From a virus (lineage: Duplodnaviria; Caudoviricetes), in the IMG/VR virus record IMGVR_UViG_3300011337_000671, positions 1 through 28,215 of that record: a stretch of DNA of 28,215 bases. One strand, written 5' to 3'. The notes under the pieces were generated by a model. It saw nothing but the letters and a program-made list of their open reading frames with translations. It was not told where the DNA came from and did not search any database. Positions 1 through 6,848 of the stretch are shown piece after piece. Both the position numbers and the translations under genes were made by a program. How positions within the stretch are numbered: position 1 is the first letter of the stretch; each line of letters starts with the position of its first letter.

Positions 1-387
1 TAGGTGGCCGGGGCCGGCCAGGGCGGTCACTAGATCAGCAACGGCCGCGGCCAGGGGCTCGGGGGCGGTGGGGGCGGGCTCGGGGGTGGCGGCCACCGGG
101 GCGGCAGGGGCGGCGGCGGGCTCGGGGGTGGCCCAGGGGTCAGCGGTGACGGGGGCCAGGCGGTAGCCGCGGGCCTCGCCGCCCCGTTGCGCTAGGGCCT
201 TGGCGGCCAGATCGGGGCGGCCCGCCCAGGCCACCGCATAGGCCCCGCCGTTGTGGGCCGTCATCACAACGGCCGCCACGTATATACGGTCAGTGGTGCG
301 GGTGACGGTGGCCCCGGTGACGGGATCCGTTGCGGTGAGGGTGCGGGCCTTGCAGCCGCGGCCGGTGGGGTCAGTTGCGTAGGCCAT
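1..387 (-). CDS. Hypothetical protein, Ala/Pro-rich (3' end runs off the window)
   Basis: Hand translation from ATG at 387 (MAYATDPTGRGCKARTLTATDPVTG...PEPAAAPAAP...) is open to position 1; an extended -10-like GTGCTACCTT lies upstream at 414-423. Not in the ORF track because no stop is in the window. Confidence 0.75.
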   Translation of the reverse strand, partial: MAYATDPTGRGCKARTLTATDPVTGATVTRTTDRIYVAAVVMTAHNGGAYAVAWAGRPDLAAKALAQRGGEARGYRLAPVTADPWATPEPAAAPAAPVAATPEPAPTAPEPLAAAVADLVTALAGPGHL

Positions 388-413
388 TAATTCAAGGGGG
401 TGAGTACTTGCTC

Positions 414-423
414 AAGGTAGCAC
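414..423 (-). promoter_or_regulatory. Putative extended -10 promoter element (GTGCTACCTT)
   Basis: Matches TGnTAnnnT; the same GTGCTA motif recurs upstream of other genes. Confidence 0.5.
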
Positions 424-536
424 CTAATTAGGCCGCCGCCCATCCGGCGGGTGTGACGGTTTTGCATGCGGCCCCGTTGCTTGGCCTACGGGCCACCGGG
501 GCAGGGTGCGGCCAGGCCCACCTAAGGGGCCCCGCC

Positions 537-704
537 GGTAAGGGTTAGCACCTGCCACGCGGTAAGGGTTAGCCACTGCCACGCGGTAAGGGTTAGCACC
601 TGCCACCCGGTAAGGGTTAGCCACTACCACCCGGTAAGGGTTAGCCACTACCACCCGGTAAGGGTTAGCCACTACCACCCGGTAAGGGTTAGCCACTACC
701 ACCG
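537..704. repeat. Tandem array, 7 x 24 bp (GGTAAGGGTTAGCCACTACCACCC)
   Basis: Units start at 537, 561, 585, 609, 633, 657 and 681; the first 13 nt are invariant and the second half varies slightly; no spacers. Confidence 0.97.
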
Positions 705-878
705 CAGCGTTATTCTTTACACTTAGCGCCTACCTATAGCTTACTCCTGCAATCCTACTTTCGGTGTAGCTTACACCGCGGGCTGGCTTATGCTTTGCCC
801 GGCAAAGTACGATTGCAAAGTGTAAGAAACTCTCCGGGAGTTAGCTGTACTTAGGGGGTGCGGGTTCGCGTGCGGTGG
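699..878 (+). ncRNA. Candidate structured RNA or ssDNA element (multi-stem, possible pseudoknot)
   Basis: Nested complementary segments: 699-709/867-878, 717-724/818-825, 748-761/804-817 (13/14), 762-768/772-778, 779-783/797-801; crossing helix 735-747/837-849. Family not recognised. Confidence 0.5.
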
Positions 879-939
879 GGGCGGTGGGGCGGTAAGCCGG
901 GCCGGGGAGGCGGTGGGTTGCAGCTAGGTGTAGGATTTA

Positions 940-1052
940 GAGTTTGTGTAAAAACTCCTTAAGAACCTCGGGTTCCCGAGTCCAAAATTTTTGCGAGTTT
1001 GTGTGTAAAAACTCTACAAGAACCGGCAATATGCGAGTCCAAAATTTTTCGC
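940..1052. repeat. Imperfect direct duplication (~55 bp x2) with internal palindromes
   Basis: GAGTTTGTGT..AAAAACTC..AAGAACC..CGAGTCCAAAATTTTT at 940-994 and 995-1052; each copy has a GAGTTT/AAACTC inverted repeat and copy 1 has CTCGGG-TT-CCCGAG. Confidence 0.9.
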
Positions 1053-1055
1053 AAC

Positions 1056-1355
1056 TTAGCGGCGCAACTTAGCGTCGGCGTGCGCTTCATCGAGCGTGGC
1101 GTAGGGGCCGTTCAAGTCGCTGTCGGGGAGGCAGCCTGGGTAGCAGGCCCACCAGTAATAGCCCTCGTAGGTGGCGGGGTCACAAGGCCTAAGTTTGTCG
1201 TTATCGTCGCAGTGATACCAAATAGGCGCTTCGCCGCTGCATAGCTGCACGTCGACCAGGATGCCGGCGTGCTGAAGCGCGTTGCGGTCCATGTAGAACA
1301 GCTCATAGCTGCCGCAAGCTTCGCCGCTTTCGTCTTCGAAGCTGTAGTAGGCCAT
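1056..1355 (-). CDS. Hypothetical phage protein (acidic, aromatic-rich)
   Basis: 99-aa ORF with ATG start, protein-like composition, collinear with neighbours. Confidence 0.8.
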   Translation of the reverse strand: MAYYSFEDESGEACGSYELFYMDRNALQHAGILVDVQLCSGEAPIWYHCDDNDKLRPCDPATYEGYYWWACYPGCLPDSDLNGPYATLDEAHADAKLRR

Positions 1356-1406
1356 AGGTTTGCGTTAGCGGGTGACGTGTGTCGGAGCTTAGCAAAGCAG
1401 CGCAGC

Positions 1407-1652
1407 TTAGCGAAGCAGGTCGCAGTCGCGGAAGTAAAAGCGCTGTCCCTTCACGCTTACCCATAGGGAGGCGGCGTTGCTCCAGCAGATGGCGTAGACC
1501 CGGCGCCAGGGGCCGCGATAATCGACGCGGACTTGGTAGTCGGTGGGGATGCAGCTGCCGTAGCCCGTGGCCGAGCGGCCATAGGCGGTCGGCGGAGGGG
1601 CGATGCGCTGCTCGAAGGTATGTTGATCGCTTAGGTAGGCGGGTAGGTTCAC
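1407..1652 (-). CDS. Hypothetical phage protein
   Basis: 81-aa ORF; the GYG..IPT...WRRVY...SN pattern resembles small phage early proteins (from recall). Confidence 0.8.
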   Translation of the reverse strand: MNLPAYLSDQHTFEQRIAPPPTAYGRSATGYGSCIPTDYQVRVDYRGPWRRVYAICWSNAASLWVSVKGQRFYFRDCDLLR

Positions 1653-1655
1653 TGG

Positions 1656-1820
1656 CTAGGGAGCAACGGGTAATACGGGCAGTGGCTCTGGTCCGATGGT
1701 TTGGAGTGCCCATTGGCGCCCCCAATTCCCGGCGGTCCAGTGCCATTCACATTTGCCAAGGCCGGACTTAAGGCCACGGACGGAGGGAAGGCCGCAAATT
1801 GAACAGAGTTGCTTTGTCAT
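1656..1820 (-). CDS. Small Cys/His protein (possible zinc finger), 54 aa
   Basis: Hand translation MTKQLCSICGLPSVRGLKSGLGKCEWHW...; fills the gap, lies downstream of a promoter-like motif at ~1857 and ends 4 nt before the next start. Confidence 0.65.
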   Translation of the reverse strand: MTKQLCSICGLPSVRGLKSGLGKCEWHWTAGNWGRQWALQTIGPEPLPVLPVAP

Positions 1821-1856
1821 GGTAAATGCGTACTAATAACTAGGTGTGATTTTTGC

Positions 1857-1868
1857 AACTTAGCACAG
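1857..1868 (-). promoter_or_regulatory. Putative extended -10 (TGTGCTAAGTT)
   Basis: Intergenic TGnTAnnnT motif shared with other intergenic sites. Confidence 0.45.
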
Positions 1869-1877
1869 CGGCGCTGC

Positions 1878-2324
1878 TTAGCCCCTTAGCTCGTCGAAGC
1901 AGCCAATCTGCGCAACTAGGTCCAAGTGGGCGTCGTCGAGGCGATCGAGCCAGTCACTGCTAAGCAGGGCGATGCGTAGGGCGTACCACCGCTGCGTGCT
2001 TAGCCGCTCAGGGCGGGTGCGGCATAGGCGGGCGAGGGTGCTTAGCCACAAAGCTGGCGTAAGTGTGAAGTAGGTGTTGTTGTTGGCGGCCGGCGCATCG
2101 GGGTCGAAGCGCGGGTAGAAGGTGAGCGCATCCCCATCGAGGCTTAGTGCGGTGTGGGGGGACCAGTCGGCGCAGGCGCGTGCCAGGGATAGGGCGAGCT
2201 GGCGCCAGTTGGCGTCGCTCAGGGTGAAGGTGTGGTGGATGTAGGTGCTAAGCGAGTAGTTTTCGTTGCTAGGTGGCCTGGGGGCGGCATGGTGGGGCAT
2301 GTGGCCTAAGGGGGTGAGACTCAT
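1878..2324 (-). CDS. Hypothetical protein
   Basis: Part of the 181-aa ORF; start moved to ATG 2324 to avoid overlap with the 2386-2571 gene. Confidence 0.65.
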   Translation of the reverse strand: MSLTPLGHMPHHAAPRPPSNENYSLSTYIHHTFTLSDANWRQLALSLARACADWSPHTALSLDGDALTFYPRFDPDAPAANNNTYFTLTPALWLSTLARLCRTRPERLSTQRWYALRIALLSSDWLDRLDDAHLDLVAQIGCFDELRG

Positions 2325-2385
2325 GAGACTTGGCTTGCGATAAGGGGTGTGGGGGCGGCGGGGCTTAGCGGAGCAGCGGCGGAGC

Positions 2386-2571
2386 TTACTCATACTCCAT
2401 GTTGAGGATGGCGATGCAGGCATCGCTGTAGCCGTTCCAGTAGGAGGCGGAAACGGTCTGGCCGCCAGTGTGGGCGGTGTCGTAGTTCTTGGTGGCGAGG
2501 CGGCGGAGGCGGCGCACGGCGTCGCGGCTCACGTCGAGCTGGGTTTCGACGGGCGAGGAGGTGTAAGGCAT
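2386..2571 (-). CDS. Hypothetical protein, 61 aa
   Basis: ATG in the CTTATG context shared with other genes here; fills the gap. Confidence 0.65.
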   Translation of the reverse strand: MPYTSSPVETQLDVSRDAVRRLRRLATKNYDTAHTGGQTVSASYWNGYSDACIAILNMEYE

Positions 2572-2694
2572 AAGCGTGGTGGCTAAGTGCTAAGTGGTGC
2601 CGCTTGAGCTTAGGTGCTAAGTGCTAGGCCGTGGCGCTAAGCGGGGTGGTTGTTGCAAAAGTTCATACGCGCTCAGCGCAGCGACGCAGCAGCG

Positions 2695-3309
2695 CTACTT
2701 AGCCACAACGCTCCGCCAGGTGTAGGAGGCGCTGGTCTTGTCGGGCTTATCCAGTGCGGTGCTTATGCATTTGGTAGTTACGTAGACGGCGCGGGCTGCT
2801 TCGCTAAGGGAGGGGTAGACCTTGCCGGTTTCGACGCACAGCACAGGTCGACGCTGCTGGTGCTTGGGGAGGCCTAGCTCGGCCACACGCTTAGCGAGTT
2901 TGGGGTCGTCGAATAGTTGCGTTAGCGCCGCGGTGCTTAGGCCGCCGAAGAGGTGCGGGTGGCTTACGGCGAGGTGACGAAGGTCGCAGCGCTTGAAGTA
3001 GTAGCGGTGGCCGCGGGTGTCTCCGAAGCGCGTACCAGTGAGTAGGCCGCGCCGCATAAGCGTTTGTACGGCTTCGTAACTGACGCCCATGAGTTCGCAA
3101 ATTAGGCCGGCGTTTACCCAGCGGCCGATGGCGGCGCGTTGCAGGCCGAGGTCGCAGCACTTGCGGCGCAGAGCCGTGGCGGTGCGTTTGGGGTAGCCGT
3201 GCTGGGCGACGGTGTTGCAGTAGGTCTGTGGCAGCGCGGGCCAGGGCACGTCCCCAGCTAGGAGTTCGAGGATGCTTAGTTCCTCGGTGGTCCAGACTTT
3301 TCCGCCCAT
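2695..3309 (-). CDS. Putative DNA-binding protein (N-terminal WTxEE repeat-like segment, central HTH-like region, C-terminal NUMOD1-like domain)
   Basis: N-terminal KVWTTEELSIL; C-terminal RPVLCVETGKVYPSLSEAAR...ISTAL...YTWR resembles NUMOD1/IENR1 DNA-binding modules. Confidence 0.7.
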   Translation of the reverse strand: MGGKVWTTEELSILELLAGDVPWPALPQTYCNTVAQHGYPKRTATALRRKCCDLGLQRAAIGRWVNAGLICELMGVSYEAVQTLMRRGLLTGTRFGDTRGHRYYFKRCDLRHLAVSHPHLFGGLSTAALTQLFDDPKLAKRVAELGLPKHQQRRPVLCVETGKVYPSLSEAARAVYVTTKCISTALDKPDKTSASYTWRSVVAK

Positions 3310-3393
3310 GGCCTTTGTCTAAGTAGCGCAGTAAGGGAGCTTAGCGGCCTGGCGGCGGCGCGGCTTAGCGGAGCAGCGGCGCAGCGGCGCAGC

Positions 3394-3687
3394 TCAGCGC
3401 CTTATGCTGGCGTGGCCTTCGTCTTGGGAGCGGCGGCGGTGGCAGTTGGCGCAGCGCACGTCGCACTTGGCGACCTCGGCTTCGATCTTGTCTATGCCGC
3501 AGCGGTCGGCGACCATGCGGCTTATGTCGCCGTGCTTCTGCTGAGGGTCGCGGTGGTCGAACTCCAGTACGCGGATGTCGTTTTCGCCGCAGTCGACGCA
3601 GGGGTGGTCGAGTAGGTAGGACCAGACCCACATGCGGGCTCGGACCTTGCCGTGGTAGTCCTTGGCCCGCTGAGTGCCCATGCGCAT
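3394..3687 (-). CDS. HNH endonuclease family protein
   Basis: CVDCG...LEFDH...KCDVRCANCHRRR: zinc-binding CxxC pairs flanking an HNH-type core. Confidence 0.85.
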   Translation of the reverse strand: MRMGTQRAKDYHGKVRARMWVWSYLLDHPCVDCGENDIRVLEFDHRDPQQKHGDISRMVADRCGIDKIEAEVAKCDVRCANCHRRRSQDEGHASIRR

Positions 3688-3739
3688 AGACAGCGCGGTC
3701 TAGGTCATGGTAGGGAGTGGGGGCTGTGGTACTCGCGGC

Positions 3740-3904
3740 TTAGCCTGCGTTCCAGTGTCGGACAACACCGGCCACGATGAAGGCGTTGGTCAGCAGATAG
3801 CTGAGCAGGATGCTTAGGCGGACCAGGGCAACGCGGTCAGCAATGCGTGGATCGGGGTGCGCCTTCTCGCCGAGGGCCAAGGCCAGGATGCGCCAGTAGG
3901 TCAC
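3740..3904 (-). CDS. Small membrane protein of a cyanophage-type family
   Basis: GTG at 3904 overlaps the upstream TGA; WRILALALGEKA...ADRVALVR...TNAFIVAGVVRHW has one TM helix and resembles a conserved cyanophage protein (from recall). Confidence 0.75.
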   Translation of the reverse strand: MTYWRILALALGEKAHPDPRIADRVALVRLSILLSYLLTNAFIVAGVVRHWNAG

Positions 3905-4152
3905 TGGCCCTCCAGCTCGGCGGCGATGACGAGAAGTTGGGCGCGGATCTCGTCCATAGCGTCCCAACGCACAAAAGGTGTGCCGATTAGTGGAGGAGCA
4001 GTCTCTGGCACCACTTGATCCGCAGCAGCTTGCAGGGCGGCGGCAGCAATCCAGCGGGATTCGTTTAGGCAGTCATCTGGGCCATAAGAGTTGGCGCCAT
4101 TCGCCGCATCCAGCACCGCCTGCGCGGCGGGGGAGAGAGGTTGGTCAGTCAT
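3901..4152 (-). CDS. Hypothetical phage protein
   Basis: 83-aa ORF, translationally coupled on both sides. Confidence 0.8.
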   Translation of the reverse strand: MTDQPLSPAAQAVLDAANGANSYGPDDCLNESRWIAAAALQAAADQVVPETAPPLIGTPFVRWDAMDEIRAQLLVIAAELEGQ

Positions 4153-4879
4153 TGGTCTCGGGGGTGGGGATGGCGTGGTGGGGGAGCCAGTGGGTGTAGA
4201 TCAGGGAGTCGTCGGAATCGCGGCGGCTACCTGCCCATTTGGGATCAAGCAAGATCCAACCATCAATGAAGTCATCTTGCTTGTGGCCGGGGTGCCAAAA
4301 CCAGCACCGACCTTCCGCATTGCAATCCTTGGCCCCGGGCAGCCGCTCACTTACTGGAACCGGCTGGATGGCGGGGCGGCCCCAGCGGGCAAGGACGGCG
4401 CGGGCGTGGTCTACGGCGTGGCGGTTGAGGATGATGCGCATGGCGGCGGCAGCTTTGACGGTGGCGCGGTCAAAGCCGGCCAGGGCGCGGGCTGCGGTGG
4501 CTAAGTCATCACGCATTTGCTGGGGCATTAGCTCCATGATCTCCTCATCCGTAGGCGCCACTGGCTGAATGGCGGGGTTATTGATTTGATGCAGCTTGTT
4601 GACCATCTCAACTATTGCTGCTGGGGGCTGCGGTTCGGGCTGGGCTAGGCGCCAAAGCGTTTGCGTTGGGTTTGATACAAACAAACCATGACTATAGGTA
4701 AAGCCAGACACTGTGGGATTTGCTTGTTCATACCACTTCCCTTTGCCTTGAATCACTTTCCAGTTGGTGGGGTGGCAAATGTATTCGCAAAGGGCGTTAA
4801 CGGAGGGTTGTTCAAATGACAATAGGTGCCATTCGGAGGGCGCCACCGGCTCAGGCGGTGGGGTGATGGGGTTAGTCAT
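4145..4879 (-). CDS. Modular hypothetical protein with C-terminal DUF551-like domain
   Basis: C-terminal VSERLP...CWFW...W...THWLP pattern; modules separated by PAIQPV/PEPQP linkers. Confidence 0.75.
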   Translation of the reverse strand: MTNPITPPPEPVAPSEWHLLSFEQPSVNALCEYICHPTNWKVIQGKGKWYEQANPTVSGFTYSHGLFVSNPTQTLWRLAQPEPQPPAAIVEMVNKLHQINNPAIQPVAPTDEEIMELMPQQMRDDLATAARALAGFDRATVKAAAAMRIILNRHAVDHARAVLARWGRPAIQPVPVSERLPGAKDCNAEGRCWFWHPGHKQDDFIDGWILLDPKWAGSRRDSDDSLIYTHWLPHHAIPTPETND

Positions 4880-5057
4880 GGACGGTTGCCTCGTAGCCTT
4901 CAGCCATTAGCGATGCTGCCAATGCCGTGGCTAATTGCTTGGTGTATCGCTTTGTGCCGCCAGCAACCATATCGGTGACGGTCCAGCGTGTGTGATTTGT
5001 CCAGATGACGATGCGCTCATTGTCTTTTTGAAAGAAGACGGCTCGGGTGTTAGTCAT
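4872..5057 (-). CDS. Hypothetical protein, 61 aa
   Basis: Stop overlaps the next start; ATG start. Confidence 0.7.
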   Translation of the reverse strand: MTNTRAVFFQKDNERIVIWTNHTRWTVTDMVAGGTKRYTKQLATALAASLMAEGYEATVHD

Positions 5058-5059
5058 GG

Positions 5060-5380
5060 CTAATAGCTAATGCGTACGGTGGCGATGCCGTCAAGCGGTA
5101 CGCCTAGGCGGTGGGCGGCGCCGGCGCTTAGATCCAACGACGCACATTGGCAGCGGTCTGTTATATGCACCGTCAAAGTGCGCCCCTTGTGGCTGACACT
5201 TACGGGCGTACCGCAAGGCAACCAGGGGTGGGCGGCGCTAAGCCCCCAGTGTTGGTAGGTCTGGCCGCAATAGGTGGTGCGGCCGTTGTACCAGGGGTCG
5301 TACACCGTGGCCGTGACTGGCCTGGCGGCTGCTGGTAGGGGGAGGAGGAGGAGAAGTGCGAGGCTAAGGAGTTTGTACAT
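5060..5380 (-). CDS. rlpA: Secreted RlpA-like double-psi beta-barrel protein (lytic transglycosylase-like)
   Basis: Signal peptide MYKLLSLALLLLLPLPAAA; motifs YNGRTT..G, SAAH..LP.GT, V.ITDR, LDLS..AA..LG. Confidence 0.85.
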   Translation of the reverse strand: MYKLLSLALLLLLPLPAAARPVTATVYDPWYNGRTTYCGQTYQHWGLSAAHPWLPCGTPVSVSHKGRTLTVHITDRCQCASLDLSAGAAHRLGVPLDGIATVRISY

Positions 5381-5525
5381 CTTGGGTTAGTTCCAGTAGG
5401 GCGAGGGTGTGCCTGGCGAAGGCAACGTGGGTCATTAGCGCCTGGGCGGTGGGTGGGCGTTTGTAGGAGTCGAGCCACCAGTCGCGGAAGGCGGATTCGA
5501 TTAGGTCGGATTTGGGGGTGTCCAT
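5364..5525 (-). CDS. Hypothetical protein, 53 aa
   Basis: Hand translation MDTPKSDLIESAFRDWWLDSYKRPPTAQALMTHVAFARH...; downstream of a promoter-like motif, CTTATG start. Confidence 0.7.
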   Translation of the reverse strand: MDTPKSDLIESAFRDWWLDSYKRPPTAQALMTHVAFARHTLALLELTQDVQTP

Positions 5526-5561
5526 AAGCTGCGCCGTTGAGCGGTAAGTGGCGCTGGGTGG

Positions 5562-5589
5562 AATGTAGCACAGTAAGCTGCGCAGCTTA
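5562..5589 (-). promoter_or_regulatory. Extended -10 (TGTGCTACATT) with adjacent perfect 16-bp palindrome TAAGCTGCGCAGCTTA
   Basis: Palindrome at 5574-5589 lies directly upstream of the -10 at 5562-5572. Confidence 0.65.
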
Positions 5590-5594
5590 GCGGC

Positions 5595-5792
5595 TTACTC
5601 GTCCCACTCGGGGGCGACGAGGGCGCTGAGTATGTGGTCGTCGGGATACAGCTCGGTGACGGTGCTGATCACGTCACTTAGGCAGTGGCCCAGTACCCCG
5701 ATCACGCATACGTCAAGGGTGACGCGGTAGAGCTTGAGTGACGGCAAAGGCTGCGCGGCAGCGTTGCTGGGCGGCTTAGCGGCGTAGGTCAT
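5595..5792 (-). CDS. Hypothetical protein, 65 aa
   Basis: ATGA overlap with the upstream gene. Confidence 0.7.
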   Translation of the reverse strand: MTYAAKPPSNAAAQPLPSLKLYRVTLDVCVIGVLGHCLSDVISTVTELYPDDHILSALVAPEWDE

Positions 5793-6007
5793 GGCTTCAG
5801 GTTGGGGTGACAGGCGGCGTGGTTAGTGGCGCGGATTAGCGCAGCATCGCGGCCACCGCTGTAGCCCGCGGCGTAAGCGAGCAGCAGCACAGCCAGGCTG
5901 ATTAGGTGGCCGTACCAGGGGCTAAGTCGGCGCGGCTTGGCGGGGGTGAGCTGCGGCCGCCTAGGTGGCGTGGTAAGCGGCGCGGTGAAGCTGGGGAGTG
6001 TTGGCAT
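5789..6007 (-). CDS. Small putative membrane protein
   Basis: 72 aa with a hydrophobic stretch HLISLAVLLLAYAAGYSGG. Confidence 0.7.
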   Translation of the reverse strand: MPTLPSFTAPLTTPPRRPQLTPAKPRRLSPWYGHLISLAVLLLAYAAGYSGGRDAALIRATNHAACHPNLKP

Positions 6008-6049
6008 GGGTTGCGCAGCAGCGCTGCTTAGGGGGCGAAGTGGCGCGGC

Positions 6050-6802
6050 CTATGGCTTCAAGCCGATGCTCCACCTGGGGGCGCGGGAGGTGGCGCCTAG
6101 GTCGCGCTGCCTCACCTTGGAGTCGAGGGAGACGACCAGGCCGTCGCAGGGGAAGCCGAGCGTGTGCTGGTTGGCGGTGAAGGTGGTCAAGGCGTCGAGC
6201 ACCGCGGCGGGGCTGTGGGTGACGGAGCAGCGGAGGGTGGCGAAGCCGGCGCATTCGAGCCAGGTGGCCGCCGCGCTGCGGGTGGGCACGGCGTCGATGC
6301 CAACGAGGTCGAAGGCGAGCAGGCTTAGCGAAGCAGCGGCGGCGGCGCGGTCGTTGCGGCGCAGGATGGCGGCGACAGCGTTGCGACTAATCTGCGCCGC
6401 AGGGCCGCGACCTAGTGAAATAGCTTCGCAGCGCACCTCTACGCGGCCTACGGGGCGGCCGGGCAGGTCGGTCAAGGCGCCGGCTTGGATTACGGCGGCG
6501 GTGCAGTCGCGGCCGCCGCGCAGGTGGGCGCGGGTAAATACGCCGTCTAGGTAGATGAGGTTGACGCTTACTCCGTCGGCCTTTAGCTGTACTGCGTAGG
6601 GCCCTGGATTGCGGGCCAGCCAATCCTCGGGCTGAGCGGGACAATCCAAGCTAAGCAAATCGCTTAGTGGGGGGAGGGCGTCGGGGCACATGCGGCTAAG
6701 GCGGTCGTAGGCCGCGTCAGTGAGGAGGGGGACGCCGCGGCGGTAGGCGGCGTCGAGGCCGTTGAGCAGTGCGGCGAAGATGGGGGTGAGAGGCGTAGGC
6801 AT
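6050..6802 (-). CDS. ligA: NAD+-dependent DNA ligase adenylation domain only (truncated LigA-like)
   Basis: Domain Ia-like AY..G.P.LTDAAYD, motif I KADG, motif III EVRCE, motif IV DGLVV, and GATSRAPRWSIGLK followed by a stop; no OB, Zn, HhH or BRCT domains. Confidence 0.85.
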   Translation of the reverse strand: MPTPLTPIFAALLNGLDAAYRRGVPLLTDAAYDRLSRMCPDALPPLSDLLSLDCPAQPEDWLARNPGPYAVQLKADGVSVNLIYLDGVFTRAHLRGGRDCTAAVIQAGALTDLPGRPVGRVEVRCEAISLGRGPAAQISRNAVAAILRRNDRAAAAASLSLLAFDLVGIDAVPTRSAAATWLECAGFATLRCSVTHSPAAVLDALTTFTANQHTLGFPCDGLVVSLDSKVRQRDLGATSRAPRWSIGLKP

Positions 6803-6848
6803 AAGGGGTGAGGCGGTAAGGGGCGCCGGGTGGTGCGGCGGTGAGTGG

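Noticed and set aside
424-702. 92-aa ORF (VVANPYR repeats)
   Set aside because: It is simply the translation of the 24-bp array, with no credible start context; treated as non-coding.
537-704. CRISPR array or telomerase-like product
   Set aside because: No unique spacers, no cas operon and no reverse transcriptase in the window; the TTAGGG resemblance is only 8 nt.
5937-6554. 205-aa plus-strand ORF and the many other antisense/shadow ORFs in the track
   Set aside because: They overlap well-supported genes on the opposite strand or frame, are Arg/Ala/Pro-rich and are expected in high-GC DNA.
5789-6802. TAG readthrough fusing the ligase domain to the in-frame 72-aa membrane ORF (both end in LKP)
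   Set aside because: In-frame arrangement has about a 1 in 3 chance, the downstream ORF is not an OB fold, and TAG is a normal stop elsewhere in the window.
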